A stretch of DNA of 63,691 bases, filler included, from Octopus bimaculoides (GCF_001194135.2; 5 parts of 4 records of this genome joined end to end with filler, not necessarily neighbours in it), one strand, 5' to 3'. Shown: positions 12,001 to 25,417, counted from the first letter of the whole stretch. Notes: generated from the letters alone by a model not told the origin. Translations and numbers: made by a program.

Positions 12001-12744
12001 TTGTGTGGTTAATGATTTGATATGGAGGATAACGTGTGCAGCAGTAGCACAACTCCTGATTTTATTGTAAATTCTACCCGGCTTTCTAAAGAGTTAGCTA
12101 CTGTTGGGGGATTACATGTTTTCTGGAAGGTCATGTTTTGTGGAGCAGTTTTTGCTTTGTTTGAGTTGGAGGTGAGACATCCAGGAGATGACCAGTGATC
12201 GTGAAACCTAGCATTTGTAAAAACCTTGAAAGTTTTATCTAAGTACTTTCCATAACAAGAATTCATGAGTTTTTTTTTTATGATATGTTCAGTGAAGATA
12301 TCTTTGTGCAGTTAAAGGAGATGTGATTTATACGGCTTCATCTTTTTGAGGACTCTGTTTATTGAGACAGTGTAAGTTTGGCATAAGGTGTCAAGATTTC
12401 ACGTGAATGATGATTGTATGTAGAAGTGAGAGAGGAGTGCAAGTTGATATCGTTTACATAGGAAGTGACATTGTTTGAGTTTTTTGACGTACATGTGGAG
12501 AACATAACTAAATCTTGAAAAACACTTGAGTTCACAGAGTATGATTCTGATAGAGTTCCGTCAACACATGCTGCGATTATGCAGTCTTCAAATGTGAGAT
12601 TGATGCAACCCCTAGGCAAGCAATTATTTAGGAGATTCGTATGTTAGGCACGATCGAAGACTTTGCAGATGTCAAGTGCAGCAGCTTATGCTGTTCGCTG
12701 CTTCTATCTTCAGTCGATCTCTGCTGTACACAGTATCTATAGTT

Positions 12745-13110
12745 TTTAACAATTATACGCTATATATTGGCTGTTTACTACAATACATTGTAGCTTTAGT
12801 TATTCTCAACTGCGCTAAGATATTAAGCTGTCTACTAATATACATTTTATGGTTGGGTTTTCAAGAAAATTATATACTGCTTGCTCCCATACTTTCTCTA
12901 TTTACATATGTTTAACAATTATACGCAATACATTTTGACAATGATACGGTATATATTGACTGTTTACTACAATACATTGTAGGTTTAGTTATTCCCTGCT
13001 GTGCTGAGATATTAAGTTGTTCACTGATATACATTTTATACTTAGGTTTTCAATATTGAAAATGATGCACTAACTTTTTGCTTCCATACTTAACTATTTA
13101 CATATGTTTG
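12745..13110. repeat. ~195-bp direct duplication
   Basis: TATATATTG(G/A)CTGTTTACTACAATACATTGTAG...TATTTACATATGTTT occurs twice. Confidence 0.75.
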
Positions 13111-13699
13111 ACTCTATTCATTGTTGTACATGGTATATTAATTTCTTCGCTATAATACATGATATTTTGATTTGCTCACAGTTGTACATACCTTTCAATT
13201 TTCATTATTTTTAATCTTTTCTAGACCAGTACCCCGTAACCTCTTTTTACTTGTGGTACGTTTATATTCTTTTCAAAATTCGGTGGCACACCTAAACTAA
13301 AAATATAACTAAAAGTATAGGGGGAAATATTATATTCAGGCTACATTGCAGTACACCTAGCATCGTCTCATGGCACACCTAGATCAACTTTGACGAAGCA
13401 GACTTATTTTCAAGGATGTTCCAGTCCTATTTTCCCCAGTAACTTTGGACCACATTATGCAATGTGTCCAACGTGACGATAAAGCGTAATTCGTGAGAGA
13501 TTTGGTTACTATTTATGGCAGGTCGACTGATAGTGTAAAGGTTCCTTCGTTGGTTCGTGACATATTTAGCTGATCATAAATAAATTTATTATGATTAGTT
13601 ATTCACTTCTATACATATCTATTTGTCCACTACGGTAAACAGTTTACACGGTAAGTAACTACTTGATCCTGATAGTATTGCTGTTAAATCGTATGTACA

Positions 13700-13830
13700 T
13701 CTTGTAGTAGGAATGAACTACTGGGTTCATGCATATTGCCTTGGTGAACTCCAATGTTTCACTTCACTTAATAGTCCTTTTATAACTGGATATCAATTTT
13801 GCTCTTTTTCTGCATTCGATGTCCATTATG
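13700..13830 (-). mobile_element. Highly decayed RTE-type reverse transcriptase fragment
   Basis: GTGAAACATTGGAGTTCACCAAGG resembles the VxVGVHQG motif; short and frameshifted. Confidence 0.35.
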
Positions 13831-14268
13831 ATACTGTGATCTGCTACCTTCCTTTTGTTGTTGTTGTTGCAGCGGCTGCTGTTTAACCACCCTTCTCAAG
13901 TCCACCCTGACAGAACAGATCTACTGTTAAAGACCATCATGTGTCTATCGTGCTAAGATTAGCTTACCGAATGTGCCCTACCTTTTAAAGACGAAACAGC
14001 TTGATTTGAAGGAAATTCGGTTGCTATTTCTAACAGACTGAATGACCAGCTAAAGGGTTACCTGCTGCTTCGTTGTATTGAAGGAATAGTCAACAGTTTC
14101 AAGTAGAAGAAAACTAGATACGATTATTCCCTTGTAGTTTAACAGTATGTATCTGTTTCTGGCATAGTGATTTTTAACGAACGCAGAAGTGATTTGTTGA
14201 CTCTAACTTTGGTAATCAACCAACGTAATGAATAGGGTTTTCATTTAGTTATTCCAATATAAAATGTA

Positions 14269-14311
<43 letters not shown>

Positions 14312-15081
14312 CGTTTAGCCCTTGTTCAGCCCTGACTGAGCAGACTGATGATAAAGGGTGCTCCACCCAAAGCTATACTATCTTTTCCTACATCTGGAAT
14401 CATATATTCGTATTGCAATATATATATATATATATATATATAAGAAAAAAACGACAGACAGGGTTTAATATTACGAAAATTTCGGCTGCTACTTCAAGAA
14501 TGTCGAATGACTACGTAAAGAACCCCTCACTGAGTTGTGACCTCATAACAAGAATGCATTGTCTACTTGTGAATATTTTTTTACCTTTGCTCCAAAAGAC
14601 CTTGAGTATAGTTGTTTAACACTTGACTTTCAGAAAATTTGGGAACCAGTCATGACACGAATTGAAGTCTCAAGGACACACACAGTGAGGCATAAAATAC
14701 CATCGACTATATCATCATATCCAGCGAAGAAATCATGAATGAATATAAATATCGTTAATCTTTGTTCTAGTTGAAGGAAAATTTATCTTGTCACAATTAT
14801 ACAAAACGAGATGCATTGCACCAAGCTGTCTTATGTGAAAAATTATTGTACGGGTTGTTTAGCAACTGGTTTATTTATTTATTCATCCTCATCATCCTCA
14901 TCATCATCATCATCATTATTATTATAATTATCATTAGAATTGTTAGCGCGCTGAACAGCATTTCTTCCGCCTTTCCGCCAAGGTTGTCTTTGCCTTCAAT
15001 CCTTTCAGGGTCGATGAACACTGGGGTCAATGTAATCGACTTAACCCCTCCCCCGAAATTTCTGACCTTGTGTCAAAATTG

Positions 15082-15128
<47 letters not shown>

Positions 15129-15164
15129 GTCATCATTATCCTCATCATCATTATTATTATTTTG

Positions 15165-15990
15165 GTTTGGCTCAGGTTCGGTCTTATTCCTAGTATGATT
15201 AATATGGGTAGCGGGTTACTACCTGTAACCTAAGGTATCTACAAGTTTTCAGCTGTCTTTCAACCCTCCTGATAATCCTTACTGTCCCTAAAAGACAAAC
15301 TTTCACTCCTTTTAACTTAAGTTTTGTTGGAACTTGTAGGATCTTGCATGAGTTGCGGGCTTGCTCCCTGTAACCTACGGCACCATGATATTTGTTCTCT
15401 TCAACTGTCAAATACTTTTCTGATAATTCTGGCCGTACCAAATAGGCATACTTTTTGCAACAGATCTACTGGACACTAGATTCCCATCTTCTTTATGTTA
15501 CTCTCAACATCTTTTGGCGAGCTCGCAGAAACGTTAGCACGCCGGGTGAAATGCTTAGCGGTATCTCGTCTGCCTTTACGTTCTGAGTTCAAATTTCACC
15601 GAGGTCAACTTTGCCTTTCATCCTTTCGGGGTCGATAAATTAAATACCAGTTGCGTACTGATCGATCTAATTGACTGTCCCCTTCCCCAAAAATTATGGG
15701 CCTTGTGCCTAGAGTAGAAAAGAATATCTTTTGATACTGTCCCCAAAGCCCAACAATAACGGGCATTATCTTCACCTTTTTCATCTTCCACAGTCGTATT
15801 TAAATGGATTGTACATGTCTACTTTCTCGCTTTCCTTCTTAACTAACCCTGAGTCAAATGGGTATTCAACATCAATTGCAGAGCACACATGGTTTACCTT
15901 GTCCACCACTATTGTTGTGCTCAAGAGCCAGGTCTGTTTGAATTAGGGAATCCCACAGGATTTTGCAAGTCTCCGGTTCGATCCCACTCT
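15165..15990 (-). mobile_element. R4/Dong-type non-LTR retrotransposon 3' end (REL endonuclease), split by a SINE
   Basis: RPDL..., DVEYPFD, EKVDMY, KKVKIMPVIVG, then across the SINE GTVSKDVESNIKKMGI, and CLLGTVRIIRRV. Abuts (CAT)/(TTA)n. Confidence 0.72.
15516..15724 (+). mobile_element. SINE family A inserted into an R4/Dong relic
   Basis: Family A sequence flanked by duplicated ATCTTTT. Confidence 0.85.
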
Positions 15991-16134
15991 GCGGTTTGTT
16001 GTCGTGCCATGTCTTCCCTGTAACCTCCACTTTTCACAATTTCCAATGCAGGACTTTTGTTACCCCATCATGTCGCCACAATTTATACTGGCTTGGGGCA
16101 AGCTTAGAACATACATTTAGAATATGAGTATATA

Positions 16135-16558
16135 GGCGCAGGAGTGGCTGTGTGGTAAGTAGCTTGCTTACCAACCACATGGTTCTGGGTTCAGTCCCAC
16201 TGCGTGGCACCTTGGGCAAGTGTCTTCTACTATAGCCTCGAGCCGACCAAAGCCTTGTGAGTGGATTTGGTAGACGGAAACTGAAAGAAGCCCGTCGTAT
16301 ATATATGTATATGTATGTGTGTGTATATATGCATGTGTGTGTATATGTTTGTGTATCTGTGTTGTCCCCCCACCTTCGCTTGACGACCGATGCTGGTTTG
16401 TTTGCGTCTCCGTAACTTAGCGGTTCGGCAAAAAGAAACCGATAGAATAAGTACTAGGCTTACAAGGAATAAGTCCTGGGGTCGAGTTGCTCGACTACAG
16501 GCGGTGCCCCAGCATGGCCGCAGTCAAATGACTGAAACAAGTAAAAGAGTAAAAGAGT
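16135..16558 (+). mobile_element. tRNA-derived SINE, family C (head GGCGCAGGAGTGGCTGTGTGG)
   Basis: A/B-box-like head, internal (TATG)n, tail TGACTGAAACAAGTAAAAGAGTAAAAG. Confidence 0.85.
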
Positions 16559-16851
16559 AATGGTTTCATCAAATTCATTATACATTCGGCACAACAGAAA
16601 CACTTGCCCATTTCTAAGTCTGACCCTTCAACTTGTGGTTAAAACTTGGTCTTGCACTGGAATCCCTTGTTGAATAATGTTTCTTCATCTCCTACTTCTA
16701 GTCTTGTTTCCCTTTCAAAATGCTCGCTTCTCTTACTATCTTCCTCAGTTTCGTTTACATATATCAGCAAGTTGTCGTGTTCAATTATTATTATTGTTGT
16801 TGTTGTTGTTGTTACTAATATTATTATTAACTAGGTGATGTAGCTTAGGGT

Positions 16852-17207
16852 GGAGGCGCAATGGCCCAGTGGTTAGAGCAGCGGACTCGCGGTCATAGGA
16901 TCGCGGTTTCGATTCCCAGACCGGGCGTTGTGAGTGTTTATTGAACGAAAACACCTAAAAGCTCCACGAGGCACCAGCTGGGGATGGTGACGAACCCTGC
17001 TGTACTCTTCCACCACAACTTTCTCTCACTCTTACTTCCTGTTTCTGTTGTGCCTGTAATTCAAAGGGTCAGCCTTGTCTGTGTCACGCTGAATATCCCC
17101 GAGAACTACGTTAAGGGTACACGTTAATTTCACGAGCAGGCTGTTCCGTTGATCGGATCAACTGGAACCCTCGACGTCGTAAGCGACGGAGTGCCAACAA
17201 CAACAAC
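16852..17207 (+). mobile_element. SINE family B
   Basis: tRNA-like head to CAACAAC tail, with small internal deletions relative to the 26193 copy. Confidence 0.85.
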
Positions 17208-17405
17208 GATGTAGCAGAATCATTAGCGCGTTAGAGGAAATGCTTATCGGCATTTCTTCCGATTCTTTACGTTCCGAGTTCGAATTCCCCCGAGGATGAC
17301 TATGGCATTTTATTCTTTCGATAAAATAAGTACCAGTTGAGCACTAAGATCAATGTAACTGAGTAGTTCCCTCCCAACGAAGTTTCAGGCATTGTGCCCA
17401 TAGTA

Positions 17406-17627
17406 CAATGGTTCTCAACCATTTTTTTAGTTATGGGTTCCTTCGGTTCCTGTTTTACTCAAGTAGACCCTCACAGCTATCCAACCTTTAAAAAATTCTA
17501 TTGTGTTTTTATAATTAAATATTATCAGGAATTATATGAAAAACTTAAATTGTGTTGTGTATTGTAGAAGTATAACCAATTCATTTATGACCCCAAGGGT
17601 CATATGCGCCCCAAATGAGAACCACTG
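17406..17627. mobile_element. hAT-type MITE nested in a SINE A tail
   Basis: Termini CAATGGTTCTCA / TGAGAACCACTG; 8-nt flanks CCATAGTA / TTATAGTA. Confidence 0.7.
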
Positions 17628-17641
17628 TTATAGTAGAAAGG

Positions 17642-17701
<60 letters not shown>

Positions 17702-17781
17702 GTTATTATTATTATCATTATTATTACTATCAATTTTACTTTTAATACGCATCTTTGTTACAGTCACTTGTTGAGACGCAC

Positions 17782-18320
17782 CTAGCGTCCTGGATCGAAT
17801 GAAGGAAAAGAGAAGTTACAACGAAATCGACTCATTGAGCCCTTGCAGCATCCCTTCTGCTCTTTTGGAAACAGGTTGTTTTCTTCCAGGTGTTTGCTCA
17901 ATCTCTGCGATATTATTGCAGTAAAGGCTTTGTAGATTGTAGGGAGACAGGTTATAGGTCTGTGTATTCCTGTCAGATATTTTAACCAGAAGTTGGGGAC
18001 CTTGTCGTACCCAGGTGCCTTCCAGTTGCTTAGTCTTTGCAGTGCCTGGGTGACCTCTTCAGTTGTTATAGGGGTCCAGAGTTGCTCAGGTGCTAAGCTC
18101 GTTGTTTTAATAGTCCTTTTTTGAAGTTGTTCCTTTGCCGACCATATTTCTTTCCATAATTCTTCCACTTCTTCTGCTGTTGGTGCTGTAGCGATGTTTA
18201 TTTTATATTTGCCAAGTTCTTCGTAGAATTTTGGGGGGTTGGAGTTGAACTGTTTGTTTTGTTCAAAGAAACGTTGGCGTTTCCCATACCGGCGGATCCT
18301 TTATACTTTGGCAAAGATAT
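17782..18320 (-). mobile_element. R4/Dong-type RT fragment
   Basis: ITTEEVTQALQRLSNWKAPGYDKVPNFWLK, RPITCLPTIYKAFTAII, PKEQKGC. (TTA)n on both sides. Confidence 0.85.
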
Positions 18321-18451
18321 CTTGCTTTAGCTTATTATTTTTATTATTATTATTCAGTAGTTTTATTTTTATAACGTGCTTTCACTTCACTACCGAGCGC
18401 AGCTCTGTGTGCTTTGGGTATGTGCTGTGGTTTGCTGTGATGCTCTTATGG

Positions 18452-18519
<68 letters not shown>

Positions 18520-18810
18520 GCACACAACAAATTAGGCAGTTGGAAAAGAAAAAATCCTAACATCGGGGTACAACAAGTAACCTTAAGATGCCAAGAACCT
18601 TCCTAAGTATCCTGGCTATTTTCTGGCGCTGTACTAAACTAGGTTTTATGCTTATTTCCACTATCCATCCATTCAAATCTTTAGGAATAGTTCTCAGTGC
18701 ACCTATAACTACTGGGATACATTTTACCAGCTCTTTCCATTGTTTCTGTAATTCAATGCCTAAGTCCTGGTACTTTGCTATTTTTTCTATACCTCTCATA
18801 TTGATTGTTT
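18520..18810 (-). mobile_element. R4/Dong-type REL 3' end
   Basis: EKIAKYQDLGIELQKQW..VKCIPVVIGAL.TIPKDL...ARILRKVL. 3' end abuts (TAA)n. Confidence 0.8.
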
Positions 18811-19675
18811 TTCATAATTTCGGACTGTAAAGTCAATTATCTGCTACTTTCTATTCTCTTTATCTACTACTACTAAATCAGGTCTTGCAGCTTTTATTAC
18901 CTTTCATCCTTTAGGGGTCGATGAAATAAGTACTAGTTACGCACTGGGGTTGATGTAATCGACTGGCCCCTTCCCGTCAAATTTCGTACCTTCTGACTAT
19001 AGTGGAAAGGATTATTATTATCGTTATTAATCAGTGGTTTTGTTTCCAATAAGCTCCAAACACTTTCGATGCATGGAGTATAGGTAATAGTGGTTTAAAT
19101 CTATTATTTATTTATCTAATTCCATAGCGCTTCCTTTCTGAAATAGGCATGAAGATTGCATCCGTCAGTAGCGTTGGAGTATTTCCAACACTTACAAATC
19201 TTTAAAAGATAAGCTGAAGGAATTTTGAAAAGATGAACTCAGTATGATTATGTAAAGTTGACTAGATGACCAGCAGATCCTGGAGCTACGTTCTGTATTT
19301 ACGTAACTTGTTGACTTCAATATATCAATGACTTTTACATTTACGTAATTGTGTCAATAATTATGCTGGTTGCCGGGCTGAAAAAAAAATCATCTCGCTT
19401 TTTGGTTTGTTTATTTCCCATGGGTTAAGGAATGACATATCCATATTCTTATTTGAACCTATTGTGTGTGTATGTGCGTTTGTATGCGTACATACATATA
19501 TGCATACACATATATATAATGTATGGAAAGAGGTATATATTATATGTGTACACACACACACACACACATATACATATGTATACATATATACATTATATAA
19601 AATATATATATATATATATACATATATGTATATATATGTAAATTTCAACTATGCATATATATATATATATGTACA

Positions 19676-19775
19676 NNNNNNNNNNNNNNNNNNNNNNNNN
19701 NNNNNNNNNNNNNNNNNNNTTAATTAATTAANNNNNNNNNNNNNNNNNNNNNNNNNNNNNNNNNNNNNNNNNNNN
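19676..19775. other. Artificial scaffold join 44N-TTAATTAATTAA-44N (also 34924-35023, 54163-54262, 59289-59388)
   Basis: Four identical 100-nt spacers; the 12-mer is a palindrome with stops in all six frames. Confidence 0.92.
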
Positions 19776-20061
19776 CACACACACACACACACACACACAC
19801 ACGTACACACACACACACATACATATGAATGAATGTATATAAGTATGTATGTAATCAAGAGGAAGAGATTAGACGAAGAGAAAATATGTTGATGCTTTGT
19901 TTATTATAATGTATTTTTTTCTTTTCGTAATATTTTCAATCATATTATATAATTTATATTTTATTCAGGTTCTACGATTAAAATATTTTATTTTGTGAAT
20001 TTTTTGTTGACATCATTTAAGAAATGGGAAAAATACAATAAACAGTTCATATAAAACTCAC

Positions 20062-20218
20062 CGGATAAAGATTCATTGTTTGGTTCCTTCTCAAGCGACA
20101 GCAAATAAATATCAATGAAATCTCTTATGTTTTCAGCATTAAACGTCTCTTTATGTTCTGTGATTTTATTTTTTACGTAACTTCGGAGTTTTTTCCGTTT
20201 CTTGATAAGGTTTTCTAT
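20062..20218 (-). CDS. CYP2-like P450 coding exon 4 (not in ORF track)
   Basis: TAG acceptor, phase 0. IENLIKKRKKLRSYVKNKITEHKETFNAENIRDFIDIYLLSLEKEPNNESLS; EHKETF..ENIRDFIDxYL is typical of the CYP2 G/H helices. GTGAGT donor (phase 1). Confidence 0.9.
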
Positions 20219-20789
20219 CTATATTGAAACAGTCAACAACAATAGTTATATATGTGTCGAATTAAATGTTTTACACTATAATATTCTGTTCCATCAAATT
20301 TTATTTTGAGTTTATATGTAAATGAAGTCAACTCACTTTTTCAGTCAACAAGATATGTTCAGTTATTCATCAGTCCAACAACTATATCCGCTTGCTAACA
20401 AAATATATGGAGGGGAAGGGAGATAGTGAAGAGAAAATGTGTTGGAATGTTTTGTTTATGATGACAAGATGTAAATGTAATAGCTTTTCCTTTTCGTAAT
20501 ATTTTCTACCATACCCTTTATACCATTTATATTTTATTCTTTTTCTCCAAACAGCTGTTGTTCAGGGGACAGCTATCCGGAGATCTGAAATTGCAAGGTC
20601 TTTTGGGGATATTCCTAGTATTGTTATTTTTATTGTGGTTGAATTTTATCGACTTTATATTGGGAGGCAACTATAGCTAAATTTAACCATATTTCTTTTG
20701 AAGATCTTATGATATTTATGCGAAGATCTTATGGTATTTACTCACAACAGGTGTCTGAAGAACAAGTGAACAAGGCCAACATCACTGAT

Positions 20790-21030
20790 TTGAAGAGAAT
20801 AGCAAGATACGGGAATACGGGAAACGTCTTTAAAGAGAGGTATACGCAGCATGTGTCTTCGTTTAGAGACAAAAAAAACAAACCAAAACAGACAAAAACG
20901 CAACATCCCTATCCATTATGGAAAGAAAGTGGAGTGAGTAACCCCTAGATAACCTAGTGTATCATTCGGATGATGTAGCAAATGCAAGCTTTGCATGACT
21001 GAAATATCAAACATTATTACATCAAAAGTG
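20790..21030 (+). mobile_element. Penelope-like GIY-YIG endonuclease relic
   Basis: YGNTGNVFKERYTQHVSSFR, then a decayed LC.TE.Y segment. Confidence 0.6.
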
Positions 21031-21815
21031 AATATTTCAAATATTTTGGATGAAACCTTCCCCTACATGGATAAGCGATATTTCACACACCGAAGTTTCA
21101 AGCAGGACACCCCCACATAATTTGCCATCTCTTCAATCTGGATAGGTTTTTTCTCTGAACATCAATTATATGCATTATGTGAACTTTATGCATAAAAGTC
21201 ACATGCGTCTATAAATTTATACTGAGCTTTCTCATCACACAAATATATGGACATTGTACACGTTTATGACATTAATTGTTTAACACAAACTTATGAACCT
21301 ACAACCTCATGAGTTTAAAACCCCATGAACCACGTTTGACGTCGAAATATGTGAAAGGTATGTGAAACTCCATAATTATGAGCACACACCCAAACATGAG
21401 CAAATATGAATAATGCAGGTGCAGAGACGTGTGTATATATGCATATTTGTGTGCATATATGTATGCGTGTGTATATAACTATGTGTGTATATCTATCTGT
21501 ATATATCTATATATATATATATATATATATATATCAGTGTGTATATATGTATGTGCGTGTACATGCACAGAAGTATTTTCAAAGCCGTATGGGTAAAACA
21601 TCTTTCCGTACTTAACAGTAATAAGATTTTGAACATAGTATATCCGCTTCCTACGTTCAAAGAATGAAATAAATAATCACGAAATTCTGAAATCGTATTT
21701 ATTTGGAAATTTTCTTCTGAATCTGTTGGAATCCTGGACCTTAGTTTTTAAAATATACCCTGGACTGTAAAGTAGATTTAATATTCATATTTTAATGTGA
21801 ACTTTTTACACTTAC

Positions 21816-21942
21816 GGGAGAATTCCATCGAAAAAATCTTAAGAATGGGAAGAAATTTTCTGGTACAACTGCATTAACATGCTTGAAGAAAAATTTAAGA
21901 TTTTCAAGGATTTCCATAATCTCAGGTGCTCCGAATGCGATC
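21816..21942 (-). CDS. CYP2-like P450 coding exon 3 (not in ORF track)
   Basis: Poly-T CAAG acceptor. 127 nt completing the split Arg codon, then IAFGAPEIMEILENLKFFFKHVNAVVPENFFPFLRFFRWNSP. GTAAGT donor (phase 0). Phases match both neighbours. Confidence 0.85.
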
Positions 21943-24302
21943 CTTGAAAAAAACAAAAAAAAAACATGAAAACTTAAGCAATTGTATTGACTCCAATTTT
22001 TTCAATTATCCATTTACACATGACAATACCCAAACACAAACCTGGAAGTACGTATAATGCTACAATATTTAGATCAGATAATAATCAGGTAATAAGATAG
22101 ATATATCTCGATATATTCACGTAGACTAAATTTTTCTTCTTATCATTATAAAAAATATTATTACCCGATCTGAATATTTTTATCTAAACTAATTTTTGAC
22201 TTAACCCAGAGGATACACAAAGCCTCACGTTTTATTTTTGAAAATCTGTTTAAGTTAATAAATTCTTTTAAATGACTCCTGCATTAATCAAATATTATCA
22301 ATCAAAAATAATCAAAAATATAACAACACTATTCAAATCGAAGTTCTAATATTATGTAGAAATGAAACTATAACTTATAAATAATTTAGTGTTAAATAAG
22401 TTATCTATTAAAAATAATCTATAAAGAACCAAATGAATAATATAAAAAACAAGAATACATATTATTTTCAAATAGTAGAAAATCTTTAGCAAAGTAAAAA
22501 CAGTACTTATCCATATTTCTCCGTAATTCAAACTGAAACTAAGACGTTATCTAATAGCTATAGCTATATTTGATTAATAATTAGTCTTTATTGTTTATNN
22601 NNNNNNNNNNNNNNNNNNNNNNNNNNNNNNNNNNNNNNNNNNNNNNNNNNNNNNNNNNNNNNNNNNNNNNNNNNNNNNNNNNNNNNNNNNNNNNNNNNNN
22701 NNNNNNNNNNNNNNNNNNNNNNNNNNNNNNNNNNNNNNNNNNNNNNNNNNNNNNNNNNNNNNNNNNNNNNNNNNNNNNNNNNNNNNNNNNNNNNNNNNNN
22801 NNNNNNNNNNNNNNNNNNNNNNNNNNNNNNNNNNNNNNNNNNNNNNNNNNNNNNNNNNNNNNNNNNNNNNNNNNNNNNNNNNNNNNNNNNNNNNNNNNNN
22901 NNNNNNNNNNNNNNNNNNNNNNNNNNNNNNNNNNNNNNNNNNNNNNNNNNNNNNNNNNNNNNNNNNNNNNNNNNNNNNNNNNNNNNNNNNNNNNNNNNNN
23001 NNNNNNNNNNNNNNNNNNNNNNNNNNNNNNNNNNNNNNNNNNNNNNNNNNNNNNNNNNNNNNNNNNNNNNNNNNNNNNNNNNNNNNNNNNNNNNNNNNNN
23101 NNNNNNNNNNNNNNNNNNNNNNNNNNNNNNNNNNNNNNNNNNNNNNNNNNNNNNNNNNNNNNNNNNNNNNNNNNNNNNNNNNNNNNNNNNNNNNNNNNNN
23201 NNNNNNNNNNNNNNNNNNNNNNNNNNNNNNNNNNNNNNNNNNNNNNNNNNNNNNNNNNNNNNNNNNNNNNNNNNNNNNNNNNNNNNNNNNNNNNNNNNNN
23301 NNNNNNNNNNNNNNNNNNNNNNNNNNNNNNNNNNNNNNNNNNNNNNNNNNNNNNNNNNNNNNNNNNNNNNNNNNNNNNNNNNNNNNNNNNNNNNNNNNNN
23401 NNNNNNNNNNNNNNNNNNNNNNNNNNNNNNNNNNNNNNNNNNNNNNNNNNNNNNNNNNNNNNNNNNNNNNNNNNNNNNNNNNNNNNATATATATATATAT
23501 ATACATATATATATCTGCGTGTGTGTGTATGTGTGTGTGTGTTTGTGTGTGTGTGCATGCATGCGTGTGTGTGTGTGCATGCATGCGTGCGTGTGTGTGT
23601 AAGCATAAAGCATTCATGTGTATGTATGTATTGGATTGTTAAGAAATATATTGAATTCTAAGAGGATGGTTATTTGTCATGTTTGAAGGTACATAAAAAT
23701 ATAAACAATTATGTGTGTACGTGCAGCGTAAAAAATTACGTCTATATGATACATTAATTTTTTTTAAGATTTCAACATGCAGTGACGATAGCCACAAAGA
23801 TCCCATTGATATATTAAAACTATCTTCGCCTCTAGATAATGAGTTATAATTATGAAATGGCAATTAACACCAGCACCATATGAGGAATGTGAGCTCAAGA
23901 ATCACCAATTTTCCAAACTTTGCACGTCATAAAGTGAAAGAAGTAGCTTATTGTCTGCAAATAAGAGGACAGTCCAGGAGGCGTGTTTCTGCCTCAAAAT
24001 GCATCATTAGCGCGGCGATTTTCCTAACCTATCTCTAATAGCCAAGAGACATAGATATATACAAAATAAATTAATATGTGAATAATTTAAACAAAATTCA
24101 ACTAAAATAAATTACTCAGAATGACCAGTAGTATGTATTTGAATAACATGGACAAATACAGTTATATAAAATACCAAACAACAAATTCATGATTTACTAA
24201 AATGATCTCCTCGTCTAGAAAAGATGTTGCATCTACGAAAGGATGATTGAAAACAGTTCCAATAAGGAAGGGAGATAATCTCAAGGAGCAAGAATTCCCC
24301 AT

Positions 24303-24361
<59 letters not shown>

Positions 24362-24444
24362 CCTCGCGTGCACGCATACATATATACACACACACACAAA
24401 TATATTAATACATGTATTTTCCAATGCGTATTACCACCACTCAC

Positions 24445-24670
24445 CTTTCACCAAATATGATACTGTATATAATGATCAACGAGTAATATGACATCGGAGT
24501 ACTCAAGGAAAACGGTTTACCATTGTGAGATTCAAAAAATTCGCCTAATGTCAGTGTTTCTAAATATATCTTTTTTTCTGTATTTCTTTTTCCTACTCCT
24601 AAATCTCGAAATGTTGACGTAATAAATCTTCTGAGGTCTTTCCATTCTTTTCCAGAATTAAAACTGACAC
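24445..24670 (-). CDS. CYP2-like P450 coding exon 2
   Basis: TTTCAG acceptor in matching phase 1. GVSFNSGKEWKDLRRFITSTFRDLGVGKRNTEKKI...GKPF...IIYSIIFGE(R) carries the C-helix WxxxR motif. GTGAG donor (phase 2). Confidence 0.92.
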
Positions 24671-24903
24671 CTGAAACAATGAAGGTAAAATTTAACATTT
24701 CAACATATATTTCGTTTTGAAATATTTAAAACTGAGAAGAATAGTTGAAGATACTAGATATACAGAAATGAATTTTTTTTTGCTCGTTATGCAGAAAAAT
24801 CTTCCTATATCGTATAAAAATATAGACATCTTACATTCATGAATTTTAGCGATACAGAATTATGACTTTCGAGGCGTTTAACTGTTGTTAATAGACACAC
24901 GCA

Positions 24904-24941
<38 letters not shown>

Positions 24942-25029
24942 CACGCACACAGAGAAACACGCACACACACATACGCACGCACAAGATTGTTAAATAAGGA
25001 ATATACACCAGCATTTTACTTTTTATTAT

Positions 25030-25417
25030 TGTTGTTGTTGGCACTCCGTCGGTTACGACGACGAGGGTTCCAGTTGATCCGATCAACGGAATAGCCTGCT
25101 CGTGAAATTAACGTGCAAGTGGTTGAGCACTCCACAGACACGTGTACCCTTAATGTAGTTCTCGGGGATATTCAGCATGACACAGAGTGTGACAAGGCTG
25201 GCCCTTTGAATTACAGGCACAACAGAAACAGAAAGTAAGAGTGAAAAAAAGTTGTGCTGGAAGAGTACAGCAGGGTTCGCCACCATCCCCTGCCGGAGCC
25301 TCGTGGAACTTTGGGTGTTTTCGCACAATAAACACTCACAACGCCCAGTCTGGGAATCGAAACCGCGATCCTACGACCACGAGTCCGCTGCCCTAACCAC
25401 TGGATCATTGCGCCTCC
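25030..25417 (-). mobile_element. SINE family B in CYP intron 1
   Basis: Full length. TTTTATTATTGT on both sides looks like a target-site duplication. Confidence 0.88.

Noticed and set aside
16852-16925. tRNA-like sequences with A and B boxes
   Set aside because: They are SINE heads continuing into repeated bodies and tails, not free tRNA genes.
19196-19378. Acceptor and donor pair that could be CYP exon 5
   Set aside because: All three frames contain stops and there is no I-helix motif.
22581-23661. Long ORFs of 200-480 aa in the track (also 6118-7008, 8026-9043, 42334-43770, 47343-48608, 50143-50989)
   Set aside because: They are runs of N translated as X, with microsatellite-derived ends.
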